Made by a program: the position numbers and the translations under genes
Assembly: GCF_037042905.1 (NCBI RefSeq)
Contig: NC_087251.1
Span: 23,996,001 to 24,060,000 of the forward strand
Source of the DNA: Lytechinus pictus
Lineage: Eukaryota
DNA: 64,000 nt
Direction: 5' to 3'
Notes under the pieces: generated by a model
The model's input: the letters and a program-made list of their open reading frames with translations, nothing else
Database searches by the model: none
Told to the model about the DNA's origin: nothing
Shown: positions 24,650-39,737 of the stretch, one piece after another
How the letters are laid out: every line of letters begins with the position of its first letter
Position numbering within the stretch: position 1 is the first letter of the stretch

Positions 24650-24806
24650 TACATTCAAATCTGCTTTAGTGACCTCCTGTACAGAAGGATCACTTGTCTA
24701 TAAAGACTACAAGGTAGGATTCCCATTGAAGCATCAAAGGAACCTTAAAGAAAACTTTTCTAGCCTCCCTTGATAAGTGGTCTATATATATACAGGTTCA
24801 ATTGTA
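24650..24806. mobile_element. Decayed Tc1/pogo-like MITE, related to 1-103
   Basis: TACATTCAAATCTG...AGTGGTCT...ACAGGTTCAATTGTA resembles the element end at 1-103. Confidence 0.4.
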
Positions 24807-26721
24807 TCAACTGCATTGTACCGGAAGGTCTACACTGGAATGTGAAACACTGTGTGTATAAAACCATTGATTGGAGTCAAGCTTTTATTTTTTAAGTAAA
24901 AAATTTACTTATCAATGAATGTAATAAATGTGAAAAAAATTATTCATATTCATCACTCAGTCAAAAATGATTGCTATATTATGAAATTCTGTATGTGTAA
25001 TATCTGATTTTACGCATGCAAAAGGTTTAGACTGACTTTAAAGATAATTGCTTGTTCTGCATTGTGTTTGTCGCAGGAATATAATCGGTACGCTCATATG
25101 CAATACTGTATTCTTTGTGTCAATATCCTTCCTTTTGAGATGCAAATAGGCAATTACACTACACCCCATATCGGCCGGTCTTTGGAATTCAATGCATATA
25201 TATTAAGCATCTATGAAAAATGAGTAGGTATTAAAGATAACAAAGCTCCTGGCTTTTAAGATGCAATGGACACTAGAGTGATACATTCTTCGTGTATAAT
25301 GGGATTCCAGGTTATGATATTGACAAAAAAGCAATAAGATTATTATGTACACAATACAACATAACCATAAGTGTACCATGTTCCTTTCTTGGTACAATTA
25401 AACTCTATTTTTGTTTTCATCCCAGTAAATATATGTCAAAGTGATAACTTTCACCCAATGATTTATAGTTTTGGTCTGAGCATGGGAAATGCTCCTGTAA
25501 CCGCAACACTTCATCTTGGTGAAGTGCACAATAGACCAGTTCGTAGTTACTCATGGACAATTTTGGTCAAATTACCTTTCATTTCTTTCATTATGATAGG
25601 CAGATTTCAAAGCAAAATATTACGTAAGCTTGCCTTACATAGCAGGATGAAGAAATTGAATAGACCAGGTGACTAGAGTAGCACACCAATGAACACTTTA
25701 TGAAGGTATTTGTTGCATTTCTACTTTGATTGCATATTATAGCATGTTGCACAATGTACTTGGCAAACTGTGAAATACCAGTTGTTCGTGGACACATTTT
25801 TGTTTTTTGTGGATGTAAATGAAAAACAAAATTCAGAAGAATTTGTGAATAATTAAGGCATCAAAGTTGGTGCTTAACTCATTGAATTTTAAACCACCAT
25901 GTCACTTTAGTACCAATGACCTTCCTCTGATCATGCGCAGAAAGGAACTACAAACTGGCTTATTGATGTGGTAAACCATCTGGTCTTTATGCAATTCTGA
26001 ACATGCTTTCACACTGCAAACATCCCTGACCTCGGATAAATTTCTCCAAAAGTTCTCAAAATATTGATGTGTTAGGCCAACTAACTTGCAGGTATTGACT
26101 TTTGAGGCCTTTTTGCTTTTTGCTTATGTATGAGGATTGGAATATCATTTTTCCTTGTGTGCCTTTAAGATCAGCTGGTGACGAGTTAGAGAGCTCCAAT
26201 TAGCTGTTCTCATGTGACAGGCTGGACAGAATTTATTGGTGTAGCTGCTGTGACATTAATCAGTCTGATGGTTATAGATCATCACATTCTGGCCTTGCTC
26301 CTAAATTTATACATATTATTCTATTCATTACACACCTCTGTATTACATAGGGATGCACATGGAGACAGCTCTTGGTAGTGTTTCTTTGTATTTATTGTAA
26401 ACGAAACACAGGAATCGGTTCAATTGGCATACAATGAGATCATGTCCAATTCTGAACGTGATTTCTATTTCATTTTTATTCACTCTTGTCGATTAGCTTT
26501 TGAATATACATTATATCAAAAGACTGATGTAAGCGATAAAATTGGCTTTTGATAATACAGATACATTTAGATATTGAATTGGTTGAGAATAGACATGTAG
26601 AATGAAGGATACGACTAGAAAAAGAGAAAAGGTGGTGATGTTGAAAAAACACGCTGTATCTAATGAGTTTAAAGCCATATCTTTGAATAATGAATTTTCT
26701 TTTCATTTTGTTTGCATACAG

Positions 26722-26754
26722 GACTTGAATCTATCAAGAAACTTGAACAAGCAG
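26722..26754 (+). other. Candidate 33-nt exon (possibly neurexin 5' UTR)
   Basis: Long polypyrimidine tract ...ttttgtttgcatacAG| and a perfect CAG|GTAAGT donor. Confidence 0.45.
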
Positions 26755-29700
26755 GTAAGTGTACACTGTTTTGAAAATTGAACTTGCATACAAGTCTGGT
26801 TTATGAAATATGAGATTCAAGTAGCATCCCTTACTTTCATTTTATACAGAAGGTATATTGATCTCTTGGAAAATGGAAGGAATTAAAGTTATAATGGTAG
26901 TATACATGGGGGATATAATAAACTCTTATAACACTTAAATCCGATTATTATAGCTTCATGAAACCACAATATCTAGAGTACTGATGCACTTTTTAATAAT
27001 AATTATTGCTCGCATTGAATTCCAATTCATTATTGCTGCTATTGTCGTTTTACTACGACCAGAAATTGCATTTCTTTTCTCCAAGTCTCCAGAGTGTTTT
27101 CTTGAGCTTAAAGAATTTTTCATAAGTGATCAAAATTCACCCTTTCAAATACATGAATATAGGAATATGTTTATTGTCCATTGGAATTTTTCTGCTCATC
27201 GATATTAACAGACATAAGTATGTGTACATCAACGGATGCTTTTCATTATGGATGCCTGGTTACTCTTTATGTATGCATGGAAAGGTTTTGGATAGATAGT
27301 GTTTTCACACGAGAGCCAAGGCTCCATGATTGCTAATATGAATCATTGTAATATGGAGCAGTGAGCAAACCAAACACATGATGAAAAAAGTTGGCTGAAT
27401 TTGTAATATTGGCATTAAAAGCATAGCATAAGTGTATGTGTTATGTCAATAAAACATGCAATGAGCCAATGAAAGGAGTTGCCCATGGACACACTACTAC
27501 CAAAATTATAATGTTGAGGTCAAATCATTGAGCAGTCACATAGGAATTTTTTATCTATAACTTGAATTATGAATTATTGATTAATAAACATCTTTGAAAC
27601 CAATGTTTAAATGTTCAAAATTCTAAGTCATGATAGGAAATTATACTTGCATTCCTTCAATTTTAAAGTATTATCATTAGCTATGTCAGTAAATTGCATT
27701 TGAATGGCCTTTGTGATTTTACTGAAGATTGCATTTTTTTTATACCAATATACTAAAGGCAATTTAATGAACATTTGAGCATAGCATTTCAGGGTTTTTC
27801 CACTCAGTGTTTTTACAACTCTAATCTCCCATTTTTAGCATACATGAAACAATGAGAAATATGGGAATGCCTCTGAAAAACACTGAGCTGCATGGATTCT
27901 TGCAAAAATGTTGTAGTGCATTAATTTAATAATTTAGCCAATCGTTGATTTTGATTCTTTTTTTGTTACTTTGCAATGTAAAGTGATTTAATCTCGTGTG
28001 AAAAACCTGATGAAGAGATGGCTAGTTGTTTGTTAGGATGTCTGAGTGAGCAGAGAGGTAGAAGATGTGAAGTGTTGATAAGATTACTCAAGTACACTTC
28101 AAGGGGAAAGTGACCAAAATGGAGGTCAGGGACGACTGTAGTATCTCTAAACATATCTTTAAAAAATGTCCATTTATGCCCTTAATGTGGTAGGTTCAGT
28201 AACCCAATATGTTGATAAACTGCACCAAGATAGACATTCTAATATTGTTATTTACATTTATGGTAAGAAAACAAGAATATTGAAATAATATTACTTAGAT
28301 TCCTGGCCTGTATATTCAATATTTGAACAAGTTTGTGATTGTGAGTGATTCGTGATCAGCCAGTGTGGGTAACACATTCAGTCATGATTAAATGAGATCA
28401 GTGATATAAATGTCAGAAACCTTTTGATACATTGTTCAATGTTCAGAGATTTTAGGTACTTTTCAGAGATAAAACATTGATAGTGATATACTTGCCACAA
28501 TTTTTTTTAACAGTTGAATATTTCATCTAGTTTTTTTTATGTCAACAGAGCAATAAACTTTTAACATGTGCCTTTGGTAAGAGGTTTATTCAAAGATTTC
28601 ATTGTAAATTACATTTCATTCTAGAGCAGTTGAATTATTATATGATTTGAATGAATCATTTTTAGAAAAGGAATGTTAAAATCACTGATTTTATTTTGCA
28701 ATCTATGATGATACATATACATCTAGAAATGAATTTGAATGTCACCTCCCTGCATATAAACATGTATCAAATTGTCATGAATATCAAGCAGGGGGGGGGT
28801 AGTTTCTTTGCACCCAAACTATGTGGTTTCTTCTGAAAATGAAATTAACTTCCTCTGCTCAGTTGGTGGGTAGCAATGTTTGCTTGGTATCACATCTGCT
28901 TCTGCCCCTGTTTGAATATATTATGAATGAGAAAATTAGCCGCTGAGTCATGCGTCATGCCTGTAAATGCTTGCACAGAAGCTTTGGTGATGGAAAATGG
29001 AATAAAGTGAAAAATTGGCAGTCAATCTTCATGTGTGTTTACTCTGTTTCTCCCGCCCAATTAGGAATCAATTATGTCTACACTTAAACCAGTGCCATTC
29101 TCACAAGTGAAATGTTTCTCATTTTATCCAAGAACTGTTTGATAATCTACTTATATAAATTAGAAATATAATTATCAGAGATTGGCAAGTGGGTGATGGT
29201 ATCTTATTTTTGTTGTCAGTTGTCAAATGCCAGATGAAATCAATTGAATTATACATTCAAGCTTTGTTTATACAGATGATCATAATCTGATATTTGCAGA
29301 ATTAGGTGATCAGTACATCACTCAAAGATAGATTCCATCATCTGCAGTTGTTAGGCATAATTCATACAAAAACAAAAACCTGCCTACAAGAATCTGCAGG
29401 CTTCCATTTTAGGGAAGTGTGTTTCATCATGAATGTGAATTGTGAAATTATCTCTAAAATTCGATTTGATTTAATGTATTTTGATGCATAAATACAGTAT
29501 TTATATTCATCATGGAATCTTGTTATTGTATGAACTTTGTTTGACCCTCTCCATTATGGCCAACTCTATGTGCACTTTTGCTGATTTCTGCATTGCAATT
29601 ATCCAGGCAATCAAGATCAAAATTATTTTTACAAACCAAGATGGACAGATATCAAGTTGATGTGAACATGGTCGTTAGCCAGTGATGGTGGTCAATCCTG

Positions 29701-30401
29701 TTTCTGTGATGTGAAGGAGACATTTGCGCGGAAGCGCTGTGTGTCTAAAAGAGAAATGACTTTTACGGTTGCCTAATGGAAGCTTTCAACCAAGTATGAA
29801 TTGTAAATGCATTCACAAAATAACTTTTGTACTCTCAGACTTGCTACAGAGTAATAAATGACGTGATTCATTTCCCTTTTCAGGTTTAAAAAAAAAGACT
29901 TTCTATAGGGTAACCTTCAAACTGACACTTCCAGAGAAACATATTTTAAAAAGAAAAACATTTGTAAATACATTTACAAATCTATACAATGAATTGAAAT
30001 TCTGTCTCCATAAAGATGTCAAACATTGTGTCTTATGTTTGATTTTGTTTTACATTGCATGGGTGTTTTTACCCTTTAATTATATCAGACAAGTTGTATT
30101 TTGCTTTAGCAATCCTTTATAGGTGCTTATACTGATGCAATACTTCAACATCTTCATTAGATTGCATCAAAATTTAAAAGTTAAAAATACTGATATTTTG
30201 TCTCCAATCATTGTCAGATAATCATCAGAAAATAATTATGTGGATTAACTTGAGTCTTTTTCATCTTTTATTTCATTGTTTGGGGGTAACATAAAGAAAT
30301 TTGAGGTAGAATGAATATGAACTTAAAATGAATCATTTAATAGATGAGAATAGCAATTTTTTCTTACTTATAAAATCATTTTGATGAAAAGGCACTTTTA
30401 A

Positions 30402-30946
30402 CCCTTTGAACCCTGAATTAACTGGAAAGGTCGTGACCCTCACCCTGAATTATTACCAGATATCAAGCTTATCGGCAAAATGAACAAATACATTACGTTT
30501 GAAATACCGGTAAATTATCTCCTATATTGTCATGATTCGAGCCCAGCCATGTCAGCGGCACCTTACTCCGCTGGTATCCGGCCTGGCCCTGCTGATGTTG
30601 TTGAGCATCCAGTACTAACAATAATATCAAAATTTTGTCTCAAAATCACTAATTTGATGAAAAAGAATTAAACAATAACATATTATATGCATAGTCCGTA
30701 TATGACTCGTCGTGAATTATCGCACGAGCCTCCTTGGTAGGGTAGGATATTTTGGCATTTTTATACTAAAAACTTATAAATGACAGCCAATCGTCAATGA
30801 AATTACAGACTGAAGTTATCAACTGAATATCTCTAAAATGAAGTCATTTTTAAAAGTCACCTGATATCTAAAATCCTTGCTTTTCAAATCACATGATTTG
30901 AAGACATGATTTGAAGCAGATATTCTTGCTTTTTGGGTTCAAAGGG
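30402..30946. mobile_element. piggyBac-like MITE (545 bp)
   Basis: 12-bp perfect TIR CCCTTTGAACCC / GGGTTCAAAGGG, flanked by TTAA on the left and TTAG on the right (one mismatch). Confidence 0.75.
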
Positions 30947-31182
30947 TTAGAGTTTTATTTCAAGAAATACAAGTAGATTATATTATTAGATGTTTCTCAT
31001 AAGAGGTGATCTCTTTTCCGGCCGCACCTATTTTGATGACACACCTTCAAGAGAATTCCTTTTCTTTTAATCCAAATTGACCATGGCATTGATACTCATT
31101 GGCAGTCTTGGTCCCACATGTATCATATTTGTGTCTGTTGTCCCTTGCAGCCCCCAATCCAACTCCACCTCTTTGCTTCTTA

Positions 31183-31623
31183 GACACCGTTCTAAAACTT
31201 GTGTACTGGAATCATGTTTAGTGGAAACTAGTTTAACATGTAATGAGAATGGTAGAAGCGGTCATGGAAGTGATTTTCTAAACCAGTTTAGAAAACCACC
31301 TCGCGATGTAGTTTTGAAGATTGCTTTGCCTCGTTAAACTGGTTTTAGCGTAAGTGAGGACACAACCGTTCTTCGGAAAGCGATCTTTGCACATTTCGAG
31401 CGCACTACGCCACACATTGTCTATGCTGCGGTTTCAAATTTTGCGCGAAACATGTCACCCCACTGAGAGTGTTCCCATAGCAACAAAACCGCTTTACGTG
31501 AAGTGGTTTTGAAAACCACTTTTGGGTGATCAAGTGGGAACGCTAGCAAAGGGATCTTCCAAACTGGTTTCCTGAACCGATTTCCAGTAAACCAGTTCTA
31601 GAAATTATAATGAGAACGGTATC
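31183..31623 (-). mobile_element. PIF/Harbinger-like MITE, copy 2 (inverted relative to 9820-10323)
   Basis: TTA|GACACCGTTCT...AGAACGGTATC|TTA with a TTA TSD. Internal homology to copy 1, e.g. GTCACCCCACTGAGAG and GTGATCAAGTGGGAACGCTAGCAAA. Confidence 0.82.
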
Positions 31624-34269
31624 TTAGTCTATTTGTAACACTAACTCATGCATAAAAGAAGAACAACCCCGCCGACCCCACCTGACCAGCCAAGGACGAG
31701 GATGCAAAATATGCACGTCTCCCTCTCTAGTTACCCTGACAGGAAGCCCTGTCCGACATGGTCATTGGAAATCTTCACCTTTCGATTACAGGAGACGATG
31801 GGTTCTAGGTTGTTTATTTGTCAGAATGGCAAGGCAGAGTACATTTTGATATGCTGGTCAAGTTACACTCATGCTACTGCACCACTGCATTGAAGAGAGA
31901 TATGTCCACACCCTCTTTAAGGATTCTGGTCAGATTTAAAGAAAAAATTGATTTATCTTGAATGCTCAAGCCTTATATACAGGTCTAATACTAGATATCA
32001 TTGAGAAAATTGGTTATTAGAGCTTGATTGCACCAATACTTTCCCCTTTGCTGTTGCTGTTCATAATCTATTGATTGATGATATGTCATCAATGTAAAAT
32101 GATGAAATACAATGATAACATTTTGTTGGGTATTGTTTCAGAGTAAAATGATATGTGTTCTTGAAATTGCCAACTAAATGAGGGCATTCATCAATTGAAA
32201 AATGTAGATTTCAGAACAATGAATGTACCCCCCTCTCATGTTTTAACTTCATGTATATTTTGTTCATGCATTAATTATTTTCAGAATACCTAATTGCTGT
32301 ACAAAATGTGTAAAGATATGGTGGGGAGTAGAGATATAGAGATTTGGGATGGAAAATGGATAGGGGGGGGGGGGGGTAGAGAGAGAGAAAGAAAGGGGGG
32401 GGTTGAAGTGAAAGGAAACTTGATAGGTTGCAAGTGTGTACATGAAATAATGATCGTAAATCAAATACCACATTTGGTTTCCTTCACTTACTTGACTTTT
32501 CAATATTTCGTATTGAAAATTGGCTGTTCCAATTAGCTGAAAGAGCACCGGTGTATCACCATTTCTTTTCTTTTCAGCAATCTCCATCATGACATGGAAA
32601 GGTTAGTAGTTCACACATGAAGTGTTCGCGTAAATGGCTGTGTAAATTTCAATTTCATATCAGTAGTAGTCTTTGCAATTAGATGTAATTCGAGTTCACA
32701 TAGTCAAGCTAATCTGATGTGACAATGTAACATGCAAGCGTGGGCTTTCTACATGTTTAGTGGACTGCTAGGCATTTCAGACCCTGCTCCTGCCTGAAAT
32801 ATGTATGAGAAGGGGGAACGTTACTACGCGACAGTGATTTGAGGCACGTTCATTTTGCCTCCTAAGTATGGCGGGCGTGTATGCGGGTGCATACAAAATG
32901 AGACGGGTCTCTCTCCCCACTGTCAGTGATGGGACATTGTTTTATTTTTTGTGTGTTTGTTATGCGGATGGATGACCGCTGTTTTGATGGCTAGGATAGT
33001 GTGAGTATGTGAGAATGAAGTGAGTACCGATGGTGACCAGAGAGAATTGAGATGGAGTATCTTCTGACCTGGTCATCGCATGGTCATCGCACTGAGGTCA
33101 TTTTATCTCACAGTTCATCTGATTTAGTTGAACTTTGCCATTTTACAGCATCAGTTGCTGAATTGCAGGCAGTGATCCAAAATTATGTCTCAAACAATAA
33201 AGCAAACATTTATTCTATTAAGAATGTATCCATGTTCAAATCGTTTAAATGTAGGATTTGGGATTTAAATTTGAAATTGAGAAAAATCTTTTGAACCTTC
33301 TGAAATGTAAGTTGGCAGGGCGGTACTCTACAAATAGCATTTTGCTAACTTGGGTAGTTGAAATCTATGTTATGAGAGAAACATGTTTTGTTGTATATTT
33401 CAAAATCTGCTTAAGAATAACAAAACCCTGATCATTATGAGTTCCAGTATGAGTTCCTGTTCAGAAAAAAGGTGTATGTTTCCCATAGAAAAATAAAATC
33501 AAGTTCAATCCTTTGGGATATATTGTTTGTCCATAATAACAACTGTGCAATAAACCTTGATTTTTATTTTGTTAGAATCCTCTAAAAAAACTCCAATGTA
33601 AATTATAGAATCAACAACAGTGGGAAGTGAACTATCGTTCTGCAAACTGTTGTTGGTTGTGTTAAAGTATAATAAAGATGTCTGGTGTGCTTTTACATCC
33701 ATCACCTCCAGATAACCGCTGACGGTTAAAGACAGCTATATGTTACATCCCACGCATCATGAAAGTTTCATGCCGGAAAATACAAAAACCTCAGAAAGGC
33801 CATTCAAGTATAAATTTTCCCTTTTTGTCACTGGTTTGGGACTGGATCAGAGTGAAATTGATTGCTTCCTTGTCTGAAGGAAAAGGAATAAGATGGTGTC
33901 GGTCTATTTGTTGTTACTCAAAGTGATGCTAAATTAAGCATGCTTTCTGTTTTTAGTAGATTATGCAAAGAAATGTCATGATTAAAATGCCACCTCATCA
34001 ATTGGACATGATAACGCAAGGAGAATTAAGGGGTAAAATGGAAGCTTGCAACTATTTCTCTGTTTCTATATTGATTTCAGATATTAATATATATTCAATT
34101 TTGTTTTGCCAAGCACTACTTCAGAAATGAAAATTTTATTCTCATTAGTATGCTTGTAGAGAATGAAATAGATTGATAGATAGGTGACAATATGTAAATA
34201 AATGGTGAATGGATAGAATACTTCATGGAGAGATAGATACTAGATTGATAAAGAGTTTGATAGTGATAG

Positions 34270-34410
34270 TGTGTATGTGTGAGAGAGAGAGAGAGAGTTA
34301 AAGAAACTAGTGATTGCAGACGTATTACAGATAGATAGATAGATAGATAGATAGATGGATGGATGGGTGGATAGATGGATAAATATAAAAATGGATAGAT
34401 GAATAAATAC
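34270..34410. repeat. Compound (GT)/(GA)/(GATA)/(GGAT) microsatellite
   Basis: Read directly from the sequence. Confidence 0.85.
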
Positions 34411-37400
34411 ATGTAGATAAATATAGATATTAAAGGTAGATGTGTATAAAGTGATAAATAGCTTGCTGATCTAGGTATATAAATCTTTGACAGCTTTATA
34501 TAGGATAGATAAATAGATATAGGGGAGTTTTTATGTAATATTGGGATTTCATTATCATAATATTTGAGAGATTGATGACACTATATCAACACCTGCATAA
34601 TTATTTTATCTAGGACACAGAGGTCAGAACAGGTTGTGAAAACGAGGTATGTGTATGTTTGTATGCCTGTTCTGTGGTTTGCAAAGCAAGATCCAGTAGG
34701 GTGAATCAATTACTTCAACATGAAATTTTATGGTTCATCATAATCTGTTGGCAGAATGATTGAAAAATCATAATCATATTAAATCAAAATCTAAATGAAA
34801 GAGAAGTTTTGAAATGGAGAGCCAAGAAATTGGTGATTACAATCTGTTTCCTTTAGAGAACATCATAACCTTCTTTGATAAAGTAGAATATTTCAGATTA
34901 TGTATGCATTCACTTTGTTTCACTCTGCATTTGAAATGTATGAGAAGAGATTTAAAGCAGACCTGATTTAACTTTAAACATTCAAACTTCTCTTGGAATT
35001 CTCTATCATATCATCATCACTTATCCTAAGGTACCATAATGAATCATCAAAAGAAACCTCAGAGTTATAACTTTATATGTTTGATGATAATAATAATGAT
35101 AAGAAGAATACATAGTTTGTTTGAAATCAAATGGAAGTAGGTTATAAGATGGTTTTTATTCCTAACATTAATAATCAAAGATAAAAGATTGCTCATTTTA
35201 TGTGCTCCAATCAAGAGAATATTGAAAGTCTGTTATATTGGCGCCGTGACATTTTAGCTTCATACAAAGAGCTATTACGCACTGAATTCCTTCTACCACA
35301 TTCCGTGACAAGGCTGACATGCAGTTGAAAGTCATTCTACTTGTACAAATGATTTTTTTTCTCATGCTATGTATAGTCCCAGCGAAATGAACGGCATTTT
35401 CACGGTCACCGGCGAGCGATATTTGATTAAGTTGGTGAAAACTGATTGTGCAGTTGATTTCCCTGCAGGCTCGATTCAGGTACTTTTGTGTGTCTTGCGT
35501 ATGAATGTGACCATTCATTAAAAGTGGGTTACGCTAATAAAGAGTGATTGGTTTGTAGATGTAATGAACATAATTTCATTTTCAAATAGCCCCTGAGACA
35601 CTTGTTCCTTGTTTATAAGGTCGGCTAGAGCATTGTCTGATTATTTAGGCTTGAGGATATTCTGGATTACTCAAGATTAAGAAAACATTACATAACTGAA
35701 TGCCCAATGATAGATTGGAGCATAATTTTAGATTACGATTGCATTATTTAAACTTAAGTAAAGATTAATAAACTGCTTGATTATAAATTGAAAGTTAAAA
35801 TGGGGATATTACTTTAGACAATCAAGAGAGAATATTTCCATCATTATCTTTTATTCAGTAGTTTTTTTTTCTCTTGATAAAGCATGTTATCAATTATTTT
35901 GTTTGTGCTTTGAATTTAGATTGAATTAGTAATTCACAGACCATTCTCTAAATTTTCAGCATAAGGAATGTAGTTAAATAGAAACACCTGGAGTTATTTC
36001 CTCAAGAAAAGAATATTGATGTGGTATTTAAAGGATTATGTAAATACAGTATAGACAGATTCCCCTAATCAATGTAGGGACAAGCATTTACGTAAATTGT
36101 TACAAGAAAGTATAAAAGAATTATTAATTACATTAATATGGATTGAATATGTTTGATCAGGAATAATGATGTATTAATTTGTAAACGATTAGTGTGAACT
36201 TTAACAATGGGCATAGCAGGTGGCTTTGCCACTGAAAAATTGAAGAAAACATCTTATGAAAAGAAGAGATAATTAACATGGAATTAGATTAATGAGAAAC
36301 ATTGCTTAAATAGCTTACAGGACAGGTGATTTTTCAAAAAAGGATTGTAAGTTGTTCACTGTATTTATTTATTTATCATATTTGGCTTTGTACATGAGAA
36401 CAAGGGAAATGACAGATAAGATGTGCTAAGGATTCCAGATAATGCTCAAATTTTGATGCAGTATGGCTTGAAAATCATGAAAACTGTTTAGTATATTTCT
36501 TGGTATAATGGAGATAAAGAAGTAGGCCTATTACAGCTTCAATCGATGTGACTTATATCAAGAACTTTGATATCTAGTTTATAGATATAGAATTACAAGA
36601 GGATGAAGAAAGTTTAGTGGTATGTGAATGTGCAAAAGATTAATTTTCATCAGTAGGTAATTTATTCATGAATAGTAATGATTTGATATCTATAACAGAA
36701 ATCATAATTTGGCATACCCTTCTTAGGATTGAAATATTGCTACCCCCTCCCTGGTATATTTGCACTCTCCCTTAGCTTCACATGGGGAAAAATGAAGCAG
36801 CGGAGTGTGTATCTATGTGTTCATTATTTGCCTGACCGATTCCCAATACCCATGGAAAGCGGAGCTAACTGAGGATGACGGCCGGGCCTTGATTAAACGC
36901 GACCCCCGGCAAGGCGCATCGCCAATAACCTGTCATCGATTATGCCGGCGTTTTATTGAATACATTTTCTAATTCGGCTACGAATGCAGCCCTAGTGAGG
37001 ATATGATGCAAGCTTTCTGTGTGTGATATGCCTGATTTTCATTCATCATCGGTTGGATGGAAGTGCAGACAGGAGTCATGCTTGTGTAATAAAATATTTT
37101 AACTTAAATGAAACGAGGCTGTAGAGTAGATAGATGTGAGCTTGGAATCAATGAGGTACCTATTCAGAAAGATGCAAGCCTGGGAATAATGAGGTACCTA
37201 TTTCCTTCTTGCATCTACGGTGCCGCCTTTGGCTGTAGTTTTAAGTAATGTTGGCAGCATAGAAGGAAAGTTGATACTGATGTGGAGGAATCCTTCTTTC
37301 GTTCTGTCTTTCTGTTTGTCCATCAACATTGCCATCACTGATGCATAGAGTATCGCATTGACAAGGGAGGATATTAAAACGTGGGGCATTTAACACACTG

Positions 37401-39737
37401 TACAATGAGACTGGGATGCCAGGTAAATATGGATATGGGGTTGTGTATATAAGAGAGAGAAAGAGAGAGGAAGAAAAGGGGAGATAGGAAAACAAGAGGG
37501 TAAGAGCAAGAGAGTAAGTTGGAGGATAGTGAGTTGCTCTTAATGCATGAAGCGCTAGTCTGTGTGTGCCTCATGATTTGAGGTGAACTCTATGTAAGTG
37601 TGTGTAGAACCTCTCCTCTCCCTGGCTCTCTCACCCTGCAAGTGGGATGCAGGAGATCTGAAATCCCTCACCCGCTCTGTGCAGAGCGCTCCACTAATAC
37701 CCCCAACGCATCACTCGCTCGCGGGTAAGATCAGAGGAGGAGCATAACAGGGATATTTATCCAGCCAGTGGTGTGTTATACACGTCCATCGTCCGTACCA
37801 TCGTCCGTATTATACCACAGTCCCTTTGCCACCGATCCCCCACATTGGAGACTTATGTTTAGCAGCTTTCGGTATTGGCGGAACGGAAAGGATTTTAAGG
37901 AGAGCTTGCTTATGTATGTTTACAGACGTGGAGTATGTGGTGAATCTGGAATTATCTCTTTGAGTCTTGATTGGTCATATGCTGTTTGGGTCCTAGTTGA
38001 TGTATTTAAGAGCTACATGTATGATGACTTAGACAAGATTTCATTTACTTGTGACCATTGGTAGGTATGTACATCAATGTCGGTATCTGTTTATATTGTA
38101 TTGTTTAACAGTTAAATGCTTAAAACAAATTCAAGATATGAAAATCTTTTTAATACATGCTAATTGATTTAATCGTGTGTGGCTGTTCATTCTTTATGTA
38201 ATAAGCCATTTATCATTGTAAGTGAAAGCATATTTGGTGGTAATTTACTTCCCGTATGAACTCTAAAATAGTGAGCAAGCTTGCCCCTTCAACTTAAATT
38301 CTTTTCCCTTGAAGTAGAGATGTAGACTGTCATTATTGTGAAGGGATCATATGTAAATGATATTTTAATGTGGATAGAGAATAAATAATGGGGGTGTAGG
38401 TGGATGGTATTCATTCCCCCCCCCCTGATTCTTATAGATTTTGTGTTATTAATCACCTTGTTAAGGGGATATCCCCCCTGACTGTAGCCCCCCCCCCCCC
38501 CCATCCATCCCATGGCCTTGTCCTCCTCTCCCATGTTTATGTCGGCCCTACAATATATGTGCACCTACAAACTCTACCCGTGTAACCTACAAACTGTTTG
38601 TCACATAAATAATTTTGATTAATTTAAACAATTCATTATTTTACTGTTTTTACCAGGAAGAACTATCATGCCTATAATGAACTCTATATATATACATGCT
38701 TGTTATAAATTCATGGGTCTTTGAATACAGTGCTTAGTGTGTGATTGTCATAGTCAGTGGTGAATATGAATATAAAATCTAAATATATTGTGCATAATGT
38801 TCTGTATTAAAATCAATCAATTTTTTTAAATAGAATTAAGTAAATGTTAAACATATGCTTTTCATGAAAAGGTACAAAAAGTAGTTTTATTTTCATTTTA
38901 AATTTGAGAAATTAATAGTTCAGTTCTTTGAATCATCTTAGCTTGTGTGATTTATTTTAGGTGTTCCTTTAATGCATATTTCCATTTGACACCATCTAGC
39001 ACCAGCTAACTGATTTGATTTATCGAAGCATTGCAAAACAGCTCCATATTGTAACACCCTCACACCCTGGTCAATTTGTTAATGACATCCATCTTTAAAT
39101 TAGACCATAAAACGTCATCATAACACATGCTTATGAATCCTGAATTAAGAGTACCGTGCTTGTAACCAATCTAATTAGCAGAAGTGTACTTTTTACCTTA
39201 ACGCTTAGTGCTTCATTAGGTGACGTTTATGAAGGCTCGTCAATATAATAGATTTTTTTCTCCTGCTCCGTCTGCTAATTGAAAAGATTTTATGAGCATT
39301 CTATTTGCATTCCTCTGTTATTTTCTTTTCTTTCATTGAATTTCAGTTATGACGGGTGGTAATAGCTGAGTGTATTTATTAGAAGTGAGCTAATTGATGG
39401 TGTATTCAAAGAAGCAAATAGTTACAAGTTTTGATTATGTTTCTTCATTGGATTGGAATTCTTGCAATGACGTCAGCAGTTACCACATATGAAATAAGAC
39501 AGAAAATTTATTTTGTTATGTAGATACTGGTTCCATAGCTTATTAAGCAAACCAAACATACATCAAAAATGTATATGATTGTGGGTGTTTTTTTACGTTA
39601 TCACAACATCATTTTTCAAAGGAGTCTGCACATGTGTGATGTGAATGATCCATGGTTAAAGCTATGAATAATTTATCTTAAAACAATTTTTTTAAAAGGA
39701 TTTGGAGCTTTGTGCATTCTGTGATCTTCACCTTTCA

